Shown here: positions 8,724 through 17,079 of the stretch, piece by piece
How the letters are laid out: each line of letters opens with the position of its first letter
How positions within the stretch are numbered: the stretch's first letter is position 1
NCBI GenBank assembly: GCA_030668875.1
Contig: DAOVER010000024.1
Location: forward strand, 1 to 32,000
DNA: 32,000 nt
Direction of reading: 5' to 3'
DNA from: Candidatus Heimdallarchaeota archaeon
Lineage (GTDB): Archaea > Asgardarchaeota > Heimdallarchaeia > Heimdallarchaeales > Heimdallarchaeaceae
Translations under genes and position numbers: made by a program
The notes under the pieces: model-generated
Seen by the model: only the letters and a program-made list of their open reading frames with translations
The model's database searches: none
What the model was told of the DNA's origin: nothing

Positions 8724-9496
8724 TTATCCAATTGCTTAAAAATCTGTAAGTTGACACTAGAGGTTGTACTATATGATTCATTTAGATTTATTTCTTCATC
8801 TCTGATTTTGAGTTCCAGAAGTTTCATTGCTTGTTGATAAATTGGTTCTGGAACATCCCATAACCAAGAGAAGTAACGCTTCTGTAAGCTTTCAAAGATA
8901 GAAGCGTGGTCCTGGGAATTGTAGATTGTTTCAGAAAATTCCTCAACTTCAAATCCGTGCTTTAACATCGCGGTTACAAGATGATCGTTTATTGATTTCG
9001 ATTCTTGTTTTGTCCATCCTAATGTTGATAAAATGTTAAGGAAGTATGAGTATAACTTACTTTGATATGCATCTGTATAAACATCTCCAAAAATCACCAT
9101 TTGAGATGTTCTTATTATCTCGTTTAGAAAATCCTCTTGATTTTGTATTAAGTGAATCACATGAATTGCAATGGTTAAATGAAATTTACCTCGAAATGGA
9201 AGATTGCATGCATCAGCTTGAAGAATTGAGATACTTTCAACCAAACCTTTCTTTTTGAGCTCTTTTAACATTAGTTCTGAAATATCAATACCAAAAAGAT
9301 GGTTGTCTGTAGAGGAAAGGTATTTCTCAACCCTCCCAGAGCCTATTCCTAAGGAAAGTATTTGGTAAGGAGGAGAACCAAATGTAATTTGTAGTTTTTT
9401 GTTTATCTCTCGAGTTAAAATAATTATAGTTTCCATAGGAACTGCTCTTGTTCTATCATAAACCTCTGCAACTCTATCAAAATTAATGTAATTCAT
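8720..9496 (-). CDS. Class I SAM-dependent methyltransferase
   Basis: FDRVAEVYDRTR, LGIGSGR motif I, GIDIS, QADACNLPF, IHVIHL. The ATG at 9496 follows the pepQ stop by 2 nt. Confidence 0.9.
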   Translation of the reverse strand: MNYINFDRVAEVYDRTRAVPMETIIILTREINKKLQITFGSPPYQILSLGIGSGRVEKYLSSTDNHLFGIDISELMLKELKKKGLVESISILQADACNLPFRGKFHLTIAIHVIHLIQNQEDFLNEIIRTSQMVIFGDVYTDAYQSKLYSYFLNILSTLGWTKQESKSINDHLVTAMLKHGFEVEEFSETIYNSQDHASIFESLQKRYFSWLWDVPEPIYQQAMKLLELKIRDEEINLNESYSTTSSVNLQIFKQLDN

Positions 9497-9498
9497 TT

Positions 9499-10584
9499 TT
9501 ACTTCCACAAATGCCGATCAAATGTTACTAGTCTTTTAGTCTTATCTCCTACAAGAATGTCATCTTCAATTCTAATACCAAATTTATCTGGCATATAAAT
9601 TCCAGGTTCATCAGTATGAACATTTCCTTTGACTAATTTCCTTTTATTTCCCTTTACCATGTAGGGTTCTTCATGTACTTCTAATCCTAATCCATGTCCT
9701 AAACGATGTGTGAAATATTTCCCGTAACCTGCTTCATCAATTACTTTTCTGGCAGCAAAATCAACTTCTTCGCAGGGTACGCCCACTTTTGACGCATCAA
9801 GTGCAGTATCATTAGCTTCTTGGACGATTTCATATACCTTAAGAAATTCATCAGTAACATTTCCATAAAATGTTGTTAAGGTTATATCTGCAAAATAATT
9901 ATCGCACATAGTTCCCGCATCAATAAGCACAACACTGTTTTCCTTCATTTTTCGTGTGGAAGGTGGTCCATGGGGAACTGCACTGTTCTCATCAAACTGT
10001 ACTAGTGCCCAGCTTGGTTCTCCTGATTGTATGGTCATTTCTTTCTGGACTAATTTCAAAACTTCCAATTCTGACAAACCTGGTTTAAGTAATTCCAAGG
10101 CATTCATCATTCCTTCAACAGTATATTTACCAGCTTTTTCCAAACGTTCAATCTCTGCTTCAGTTTTGATTGATCTTTGTTTCCTTATTATCGAACTCCC
10201 ATCTACAAATTCAGTTTCTGGGAATTGCTTTTTTAATTTGGTATAGATTTCAAAGGACATTGTTGGTTCTAATGCGATTTTCTTCACATTATTATTGATA
10301 GATTCTTTGAGTACTGCAAAAGGGTCTTCTTCTTCGTTCCAAGTTATCACATCATCAAAAGGAGTACGATTTTGTATGTTTTCTTTTTCAAAGGAGGGTG
10401 CAATAATCTGTGCGTCATCATGGATGCTCAAGATACCACATATTAGTCTCTCACTCATAGACATAAATGCCTTAAACAGATAACCAAAATCTATTGAAGG
10501 TGTGATTAGAAATAAATCGATTTCTGATTCATTCATATCTTCTACAATTATTGATTGTCTTCTCCCAAAATCTAGCTGTTTCAC
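9499..10584 (-). CDS. pepQ: Xaa-Pro dipeptidase/aminopeptidase, M24B family
   Basis: PHG, LIDAG, YFADITLT, FTHRLGHGLGLEVHEEP, TDEPGIY and GIRIEDD metal-site motifs; GTG start. Confidence 0.93.
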   Translation of the reverse strand: MKQLDFGRRQSIIVEDMNESEIDLFLITPSIDFGYLFKAFMSMSERLICGILSIHDDAQIIAPSFEKENIQNRTPFDDVITWNEEEDPFAVLKESINNNVKKIALEPTMSFEIYTKLKKQFPETEFVDGSSIIRKQRSIKTEAEIERLEKAGKYTVEGMMNALELLKPGLSELEVLKLVQKEMTIQSGEPSWALVQFDENSAVPHGPPSTRKMKENSVVLIDAGTMCDNYFADITLTTFYGNVTDEFLKVYEIVQEANDTALDASKVGVPCEEVDFAARKVIDEAGYGKYFTHRLGHGLGLEVHEEPYMVKGNKRKLVKGNVHTDEPGIYMPDKFGIRIEDDILVGDKTKRLVTFDRHLWK

Positions 10585-10673
10585 AACTTCCGTTAGAAAT
10601 CACCATATTTAGATGTTTTGCATTCAAATCTAATATGCAAAAGGTTTATTTTTGGAAAGTACCATTTTTAGCT

Positions 10674-12968
10674 ATGAACTTATCACTATTAGACACTAGG
10701 CCATTCAACAAATTCGTTGAAATGGAACTAGAAAGAGATAATCTCTACAGTTCCTTTACTGAATTAGATGAACCAAGAGAGATATCGGAAGCGTGGGTTA
10801 TTTTTGCAGAATCTTGTTCAAAAAACTTGTCAACAATAAACAGTTTAGCAGATATGGCAATTGAAAGAATATACGATGTTTATCGAGATATACAACAAGG
10901 GAAAGATAATCCATTAGCTCTTCATGAACTACTTTATGGTGATTTTCCAAATCAAATAATGGCTCTAAACAAATTTGAATTACAGCTAGGTGTCTTAACT
11001 TATGTTTATTCTCAGGTGAGAAATAGAGGAGTATTCAAGCACAAACCAGAAACAAGTCAATATTCATACTATATAATTGCAAAAGAAACAATTGATCGAA
11101 TAGTATACAGAATCCTATCTGATTCATTACCTGAGGTCGAAATATCCGGATTAACCCCAACTCCAACAAAGGGGGATCTTCTTGAAGTTATCATGCCCTT
11201 GGTTCAATTGGAAAATTTGAAGCGATTATTACCTATTTATGATAGTTTACCTAATAGCGATACAGACCCTAGAGTGCTTTCAAAGAAAGGGGAATACGAT
11301 TATCTTCAAGGTGTTACTTTACTAACTCATATCATAGACATCTCTCGAAAGACATCTCAGGATTTCTGGTGGTCCGACCCTATTTCCGAACTATCCATCT
11401 TGAATCATGCAAAAGAGCATTTTGAGACTGTAATAAAATTATGGAATAAAGCTCCAGAATCTGTAGGAAATAAGGGGATGGCTATTAAAATGGATTTTTT
11501 GCCAATAGTTGATGCACAAAGTTCTGTTTCAATGGTTCAACATTTCAAACTACTTGGAGAAAGTGCACTTGAAGGAGGAGATCTTAATCATGCATCAAGT
11601 TATTATGCGAGGGCACTATCTGAATACAAAAAGGCTTACAAAATTCTAAAGAAATCAGATAGTTCTCAGAGTAAATATCTTTACAAAAGAATACAGGCTG
11701 AAGAATCTGAACTTAAAATCCTGAAATCCATCACAGAGCTTGCGCTAAAATATACAGATATAGTTGATAAGTTATATTCTCAAGATAATGAAGGAGCTTT
11801 AGCTTCTTGTTTGGAAATAAATGAAATACTAAAACAAATTGAAGGAGCAGGATCACTTCCATATGTTTATGGAGTGAGTGTAACTTATTCATCCGCAGTT
11901 TCTATGATAAATGATTTACTAACACAAGAAACTGCTAATTTGAATGTAATCGATAGATTAATTTCCCAATTCAATTTTCCATTAAAAGCTATGAGTACCG
12001 CCTTATCTGAAGTGCCATTACTGTACATCAAAGTTGATCACGATAATCCAATTGCTAGCTTCGATGAACTTCAAGAAATAGATGAAAAACTTTACTACTT
12101 GGAGAAAGCGATAGAACTATTACCTCAATTCATTCAGGAAAAAGATAAGCAAAGAAATAAGATTCACGCAATGAGAAATTTTATCAAATCAGTAATTGCA
12201 GAGAATAAAATCTATCTATACAGCGACTATAACATAGTTCTAGATTTAATCTTAAGAGCCAGAGCTCATTATTATGCAAAAAAGGCAGAGCAGAGTATAT
12301 CAGAGATTAAAAAAGGAGAAAAAGAGTTAAAGAAATTAATAAATCAAAGATTGATTGAAACTAAAATTTCCGGAATGGTTACAGAATCTAGTTTGGTTTC
12401 TCTAGGTCTTCAAAGCTCCTACAAAAATAATAAGAGAGCATCGATGGAAGAGATGATAACTCTTATTTATGAAACTGAGAAATTACCTGAGTTTATTGCG
12501 GAATCTGTTGAAGCTCAATTCAATGAAATAACAGACTTCCATGAATTACTTGATTTAATTCTGCTTGATACTCAAGAACTGTTAGCTGCCAATGAAAACG
12601 TTTCTATAAAAGGTAATGATATCAATTTTGATTTTGTTAGGAGAAGAGAGGTTTTCATACCTGTAATTAAAACAATGGTTGAAGCAGTCGAAAACGTTAT
12701 TTTAGGAGAACTTTTTGCAAAAAGCAGTAAAATGACTAAAGCTGAAGGTAGTTACAATCGAGCTAACAAATTATTCTTTGAGGTTAGTGAATCTCTAGGT
12801 AGAATCATAAATTACTTAGAAGATCAAAAAGAGCTCCCAAAATTCATTTACCAATTGTCATTGTTCAGTAGAGAAAATGCTTCTTCTATAAGAAACAGAA
12901 GAAAAAGACAAGAACCGCCATACTCAGATATGATTACAACTTTGGATTACCTCATACTTAACCTTTAA
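10674..12968 (+). CDS. Large all-helical TPR/alpha-solenoid-like protein (764 aa)
   Basis: No TM segment or catalytic motif. TPR-like pairs LGESALEGGDLNHASSYYARA and LGELFAKSSKMTKAEGSYNRA. Start moved to the ATG at 10674; ATG 10635 is an alternative. Confidence 0.65.
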   Translation: MNLSLLDTRPFNKFVEMELERDNLYSSFTELDEPREISEAWVIFAESCSKNLSTINSLADMAIERIYDVYRDIQQGKDNPLALHELLYGDFPNQIMALNKFELQLGVLTYVYSQVRNRGVFKHKPETSQYSYYIIAKETIDRIVYRILSDSLPEVEISGLTPTPTKGDLLEVIMPLVQLENLKRLLPIYDSLPNSDTDPRVLSKKGEYDYLQGVTLLTHIIDISRKTSQDFWWSDPISELSILNHAKEHFETVIKLWNKAPESVGNKGMAIKMDFLPIVDAQSSVSMVQHFKLLGESALEGGDLNHASSYYARALSEYKKAYKILKKSDSSQSKYLYKRIQAEESELKILKSITELALKYTDIVDKLYSQDNEGALASCLEINEILKQIEGAGSLPYVYGVSVTYSSAVSMINDLLTQETANLNVIDRLISQFNFPLKAMSTALSEVPLLYIKVDHDNPIASFDELQEIDEKLYYLEKAIELLPQFIQEKDKQRNKIHAMRNFIKSVIAENKIYLYSDYNIVLDLILRARAHYYAKKAEQSISEIKKGEKELKKLINQRLIETKISGMVTESSLVSLGLQSSYKNNKRASMEEMITLIYETEKLPEFIAESVEAQFNEITDFHELLDLILLDTQELLAANENVSIKGNDINFDFVRRREVFIPVIKTMVEAVENVILGELFAKSSKMTKAEGSYNRANKLFFEVSESLGRIINYLEDQKELPKFIYQLSLFSRENASSIRNRRKRQEPPYSDMITTLDYLILNL

Positions 12969-13006
12969 ACACTCAGATTTCAATGATTAGTAATTAGGGA
13001 AGCATC

Positions 13007-13912
13007 ATGGAGAATCTATTTCGGTTAAAGCAAGACACAATACCAATCGTACTTATTGGTCTTCAATATGCTGGAAAAACTACACTTGTAAGCTGGTTAA
13101 AGGAGAAACGTTTTACTCGTCCAAAACCTACTGTTGGAGTAGTAGTTGAAAACATAAAAATAGGTGATATACTTTTCAATATTCACGATATATCAGGGCA
13201 AGAAGTTTTTCGAGAAAATATATGGAAGTCCAATATATTAACATCCATGGGAGTTGTTTTTGTTCTTGATTCTTCTGATACTTCAAGGTTAGATGAAGCT
13301 TTCACTTGGTATTGGAAGATGGTAAAGGAATGGTTAATTGAATCTTATTCAGATAAAGCAATTCTCTTTCTAGCTAACAAATCTGATCTGAAAACCGCCC
13401 TTAGTCTAGATGACATAATTAGCAAGATGAAACTGGATGAAATGTCTTCATATCCTAATATTTCTTTCCAATTCTTCAAAACTTCAGTAAGAAATGAAGA
13501 AAACATTGAACTTTCTTTTAAATGGTTTATTTCTAAGATTAAGAGTTTTAGGAAACTTCAATTCAAGAAATTCAAGGCACTCATTGTTTCCGATATTTTT
13601 GGAAATCCGCTATATGTTTATGACCCTGATAAAATTGCACAAGACACCGGAATGTTTGTCGGTTATATTAAAGCTTTGAGTGGGTTTGCAAATGAGATTC
13701 TAGGGCATGAGCAATTTAAAGTTCTGAAAGTTGATACAAACCACTTCTTCATTTCAGAGATTAATGAACACGTTGTGCTCATTGCAGTTGATCAAGAAGA
13801 AGCACTTCCTGAAGCGCGTAGACTATCTATATTGTTACATGAGTATTTAAAAAATAAGAATGTTGATATAACTACAGAATTGAACGTGCTTTTGAGTGAC
13901 TATGTAACATAG
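13007..13912 (+). CDS. Arf-family-like small GTPase fused to a C-terminal longin-like domain
   Basis: GLQYAGKTT, PTVG, HDISGQ, FVLDSSD, ANKSD. Residues ~189-301 follow a beta-beta-alpha-beta-beta-beta-alpha-alpha pattern (LIVSDIFGNPLY..DTGMFVGYIKALSGFANE). Confidence 0.85.
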   Translation: MENLFRLKQDTIPIVLIGLQYAGKTTLVSWLKEKRFTRPKPTVGVVVENIKIGDILFNIHDISGQEVFRENIWKSNILTSMGVVFVLDSSDTSRLDEAFTWYWKMVKEWLIESYSDKAILFLANKSDLKTALSLDDIISKMKLDEMSSYPNISFQFFKTSVRNEENIELSFKWFISKIKSFRKLQFKKFKALIVSDIFGNPLYVYDPDKIAQDTGMFVGYIKALSGFANEILGHEQFKVLKVDTNHFFISEINEHVVLIAVDQEEALPEARRLSILLHEYLKNKNVDITTELNVLLSDYVT

Positions 13913-13999
13913 AAAGAATTTTAAAAGCAAAGAAGTTCCTTCCACAAAGAATATAAAGACTTTAAATTTACTTAATATTGAGTTTCGTGGTGATTATTA

Positions 14000-14584
14000 A
14001 TGGACTGTAAATTCTGTAAACTTGAAAATATTGATTTGTTAGAAGATGGTATTACCTTTAAGTGCAGTCATTGTGGTTATTCATTTGATGTTGGTAAAAC
14101 AGCTATACTATATGATAAAATGATGCAAATGCCTCTTTCTTCATGGTTGTTAGCATCTCTACTCTGGTTTTCTGCAATGGTAACAGGAGTTTTATTAGGT
14201 TTAGGATTTAGTAGTGCATCTTTATCGTCTACTATTTTGTTCCTATTCATATATGGAGCATCAGCTTTCTTATATGGTATATCCGCATCTATTGATTTCT
14301 TCAGTGCTATTTGGATATACATTAAAGGAACATTCTCAAAAGAGAAAATTTCATTTGATGAAGCTAAAAATGAAGTTCAAGTGAAAAGAAAAGAGAAAAT
14401 AGTAAGTGAAATGGCGACCGGTCAAGTAATTGATGAAGCTACTGGAAAAACTGTTGACACAGATATTAGACCTGGGGAGAAGCGTGTTCCAAAAATTGCT
14501 CCTTCATTCTTAGCAGGTATTTACACAATCGTTCTAGCTGTGCTATTTGTTATTGTGTTTACTACATTCTTTCCACCACCTTAA
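14000..14584 (+). CDS. Zinc-ribbon (CxxC..CxxC) membrane protein with 3 predicted TM helices
   Basis: CKFC and CSHC at the N-terminus; three hydrophobic segments; GGTGA Shine-Dalgarno. Confidence 0.75.
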   Translation: MDCKFCKLENIDLLEDGITFKCSHCGYSFDVGKTAILYDKMMQMPLSSWLLASLLWFSAMVTGVLLGLGFSSASLSSTILFLFIYGASAFLYGISASIDFFSAIWIYIKGTFSKEKISFDEAKNEVQVKRKEKIVSEMATGQVIDEATGKTVDTDIRPGEKRVPKIAPSFLAGIYTIVLAVLFVIVFTTFFPPP

Positions 14585-14610
14585 ATAGAAAAAATCTATT
14601 TTTTCTATTT
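14583..14610. terminator. Perfect 12-bp inverted repeat between convergent genes (bidirectional terminator candidate)
   Basis: AAATAGAAAAAA-TCTA-TTTTTTCTATTT; overlaps both stop codons and gives a T6 run on each strand. Confidence 0.6.
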
Positions 14611-15471
14611 ATTTATTAAAGAACGAAGATATTTGATATTGTCTACATCTGTACGTCTTTCATCGACAGGAGTTTCAAGTATCCATGGTTTCTTCCTCAA
14701 ATCTGAATCCTTAATCAATTCAGAGAAACCAATTTCACCTATTTTTCCCAAACCCAAGTGTTCATGTAAGTCTCTTTTTGAGCCCACTTCTGTTTTTGAA
14801 TCGTTTGCGTGAACTATTGTTATTGATTCCATCCCAATAGTTGCTTTTATTTCTTCAATAAAATTAGATACGCCAAGTTGATTACTGATGTCATATCCAG
14901 CAGAAAATGCATGACATGTATCAAAACAGACCTTTACTTTCGAATCCTTAATTTCCTCAAGAATAGCTTGAATATTTACAAAAGTACCAGTAAGAGTTTT
15001 TCCCCCACCCGCTGAGTTTTCAACTAAAATAGTAACTTTACGTTCTCCAAAATCAATTCCTTTCTGAATAGATCCAACATATTTTTCAAAACCCTCTTGA
15101 AAAGTCCCTCCTTTGTAAGATCCAGAATGAACTACAAAATAAGGAATACCTAAAATTTTACATCGTTCTATTTCTTTAAGAAATGAATCCATAGATTTAG
15201 TATAAATTTCATCATTTAATGAAGCGAGATTGGGAAGATAGGATATATGGGCTACAACTGGTGAGATATTATAATTCAAATGTTTTTCCCTAAATTGATC
15301 AATTTCCTTTTTGGAAATCACTTTGAAAGCCCATCCTCGAGGATTTTTGGTAAAAACTTGAAATGTAGAACAGCCAATCTTTTTAGCTCTATCAAAAGCC
15401 AAATCAATGGATTTTGCAATAGAAACATGACAACCAATTTTCACTTCTTCAACCAATTCTTTCACAATCAC
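14605..15471 (-). CDS. nfo: Endonuclease IV (AP endonuclease 2)
   Basis: IGCHVSI, AHISYLPNL, VVHSG, LVENSAG, CFDTCHAF, HANDSK, DLHEHLG and ILETP zinc-site motifs; GTG start. Confidence 0.95.
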   Translation of the reverse strand: MIVKELVEEVKIGCHVSIAKSIDLAFDRAKKIGCSTFQVFTKNPRGWAFKVISKKEIDQFREKHLNYNISPVVAHISYLPNLASLNDEIYTKSMDSFLKEIERCKILGIPYFVVHSGSYKGGTFQEGFEKYVGSIQKGIDFGERKVTILVENSAGGGKTLTGTFVNIQAILEEIKDSKVKVCFDTCHAFSAGYDISNQLGVSNFIEEIKATIGMESITIVHANDSKTEVGSKRDLHEHLGLGKIGEIGFSELIKDSDLRKKPWILETPVDERRTDVDNIKYLRSLINK

Positions 15472-15543
15472 AAATGATGATACTAAACTAGTAACAAATT
15501 ACTAATAAAGTATTTGTAGGGTAATATGATTTTTGGGATTATA

Positions 15544-16533
15544 TTAGAAATCATAGGATGATGCAAGAACCATATATTCTGACACCAATGATTTTAACTC
15601 TTGTTTTTGATCTTCTGAATCTTCTTGCAAGGCTAAGGAATAATATACTTTGGCTCTGACATAAGCTCTATATGATTTGTAAAAATCAAGCAGCTCAAAA
15701 TGATCTTCAATCTTTTCTCCCATATTGTTCATGTATTGTTGAATGAAGAACTCAGATGATCTAACCTGTTTATGAAAATCCAAGTCCATTGAAAGAAAAG
15801 CTACTTCTTCTAGAATATCCTGAATCCTCAACATTTTGTTAAATTCAATACAGTCAAAAATTATTACTTCATTTTGATTATAGAAAATGTTTCCTACTAT
15901 TAAATCTCCATGTCCATCTATGATTTTTCCCTCTTCTTTTCGTTTATCGAAGATTTCCTTATTTGTTTCTAGAAACTTGTAAACTCTTTCTTCTAAACTC
16001 TCATCAAAAGGGAAGCCAAGGTATGTTTTAGTAGTTCTGAAATTCTCATCCCATTTCTCAAAAATACTATCATAAATGGAAAATTCTGGATAAACTATAT
16101 TTTGCTTATGGAATATGGATATTTCAACAGCTATTTTCTGTAAAATATAATCATCTATAGAACCTTTGTCCTTTAAGATGCTCAGAAGCAAAGAAGACTG
16201 AGGAAGTTGAACCATCTTAACAAGATATTCAACGGGATTAGATGTCAAACCAATTTTCCCTTGAGAATCAACCATCTCGACACTTAGATATAAATCTGGA
16301 GCCATTCTTTTGTTCAATACTAGTTCAGCTTTTATTGTTTCATGCCTTTTCTCCAAGGATGTGAAATCTAATACATCGCCAAATTTGATAGATTTCTTCA
16401 TTTTATAGGCGTATTTACCGGTAAGGAAAATCCAACTTATGTTTGTTTCAATTACATTAATGCTTTCTTGAACCTCGTGTGGATAAGTTGATGGGTTCCT
16501 AAGTGTTCGTACTACGTCTTTCTGTGATAGCAT
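15544..16533 (-). CDS. COG2187-type APH/kinase-fold phosphotransferase
   Basis: ETNISWIFLTG.YAYKMKK, LDFTSLEKR, DGHGDL, IFDCIEFN, FYKSYRAYVRAKV. ATG at 16533; alternative TTG at 16539. Confidence 0.88.
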   Translation of the reverse strand: MLSQKDVVRTLRNPSTYPHEVQESINVIETNISWIFLTGKYAYKMKKSIKFGDVLDFTSLEKRHETIKAELVLNKRMAPDLYLSVEMVDSQGKIGLTSNPVEYLVKMVQLPQSSLLLSILKDKGSIDDYILQKIAVEISIFHKQNIVYPEFSIYDSIFEKWDENFRTTKTYLGFPFDESLEERVYKFLETNKEIFDKRKEEGKIIDGHGDLIVGNIFYNQNEVIIFDCIEFNKMLRIQDILEEVAFLSMDLDFHKQVRSSEFFIQQYMNNMGEKIEDHFELLDFYKSYRAYVRAKVYYSLALQEDSEDQKQELKSLVSEYMVLASSYDF

Positions 16534-17074
16534 TTCCAATCATCTCAAGTGTTTTGTAGTGATCTTCTGCCATATCGACTTCAATATGTGATAGATTTGT
16601 AGGTTCAAAGAGTTCTTTGTATTTTTCTAATACTTTTATATCAGCATCGCTTAAGGTTCTTCTGTTTCTTTTCGCTCTTTCTTCAAACCTCTTACGAATT
16701 AAGTCTTCTGGGGCTTTTACTATAACTAATAAAAATGTTGCATCAAAACGAGCGCAGATTCTACCAACCTTGCTTCTAAGTTTATCTTGATAAAATGTTC
16801 CATCTAACACACAACCAACGCCATGTTTCAGAAGGGTATAGAGAACGTAGTAGATAGTATCATAAACCACATTCCTCTGCCTTTGTGAATAAGATCCTCT
16901 ACCGAAAGAATTTTGTCTGACATCACGAAATATTCTTTTTCTGACAGAATCTGTGCTTATGTGCTCCAATCTATATTTTCTTGCTAGTTTTCTAGCTAAC
17001 GTCGATTTCCCAGTTCCTGGTAAACCTGCTAGTAAAATTACTAAAGGAGTTCTTCTACCTATTCGAGAACCTAT
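16499..17074 (-). CDS. COG0645/AAA_33-type P-loop kinase; true start lies upstream of the listed TTG and is probably non-canonical (ATA)
   Basis: The frame is open from 17074 and encodes LVILLAGLPGTGKSTLARKLA upstream of the ORF-track start; then ISTDSVRK and VLDGTF. Confidence 0.8.
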   Translation of the reverse strand: MGSRIGRRTPLVILLAGLPGTGKSTLARKLARKYRLEHISTDSVRKRIFRDVRQNSFGRGSYSQRQRNVVYDTIYYVLYTLLKHGVGCVLDGTFYQDKLRSKVGRICARFDATFLLVIVKAPEDLIRKRFEERAKRNRRTLSDADIKVLEKYKELFEPTNLSHIEVDMAEDHYKTLEMIGNAITERRSTNT

Positions 17075-17079
17075 TTATG

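Noticed and set aside
10551-10673. N-terminal extension of the 805-aa ORF
   Set aside because: It overlaps the divergent pepQ start and the shared promoter region.
6445-16533. Aminoglycoside resistance genes (ANT-like at 6445-7347, APH-like at 15544-16533)
   Set aside because: Fold-level similarity only: the first is catalytically degenerate and the second is the COG2187 family of unknown substrate.
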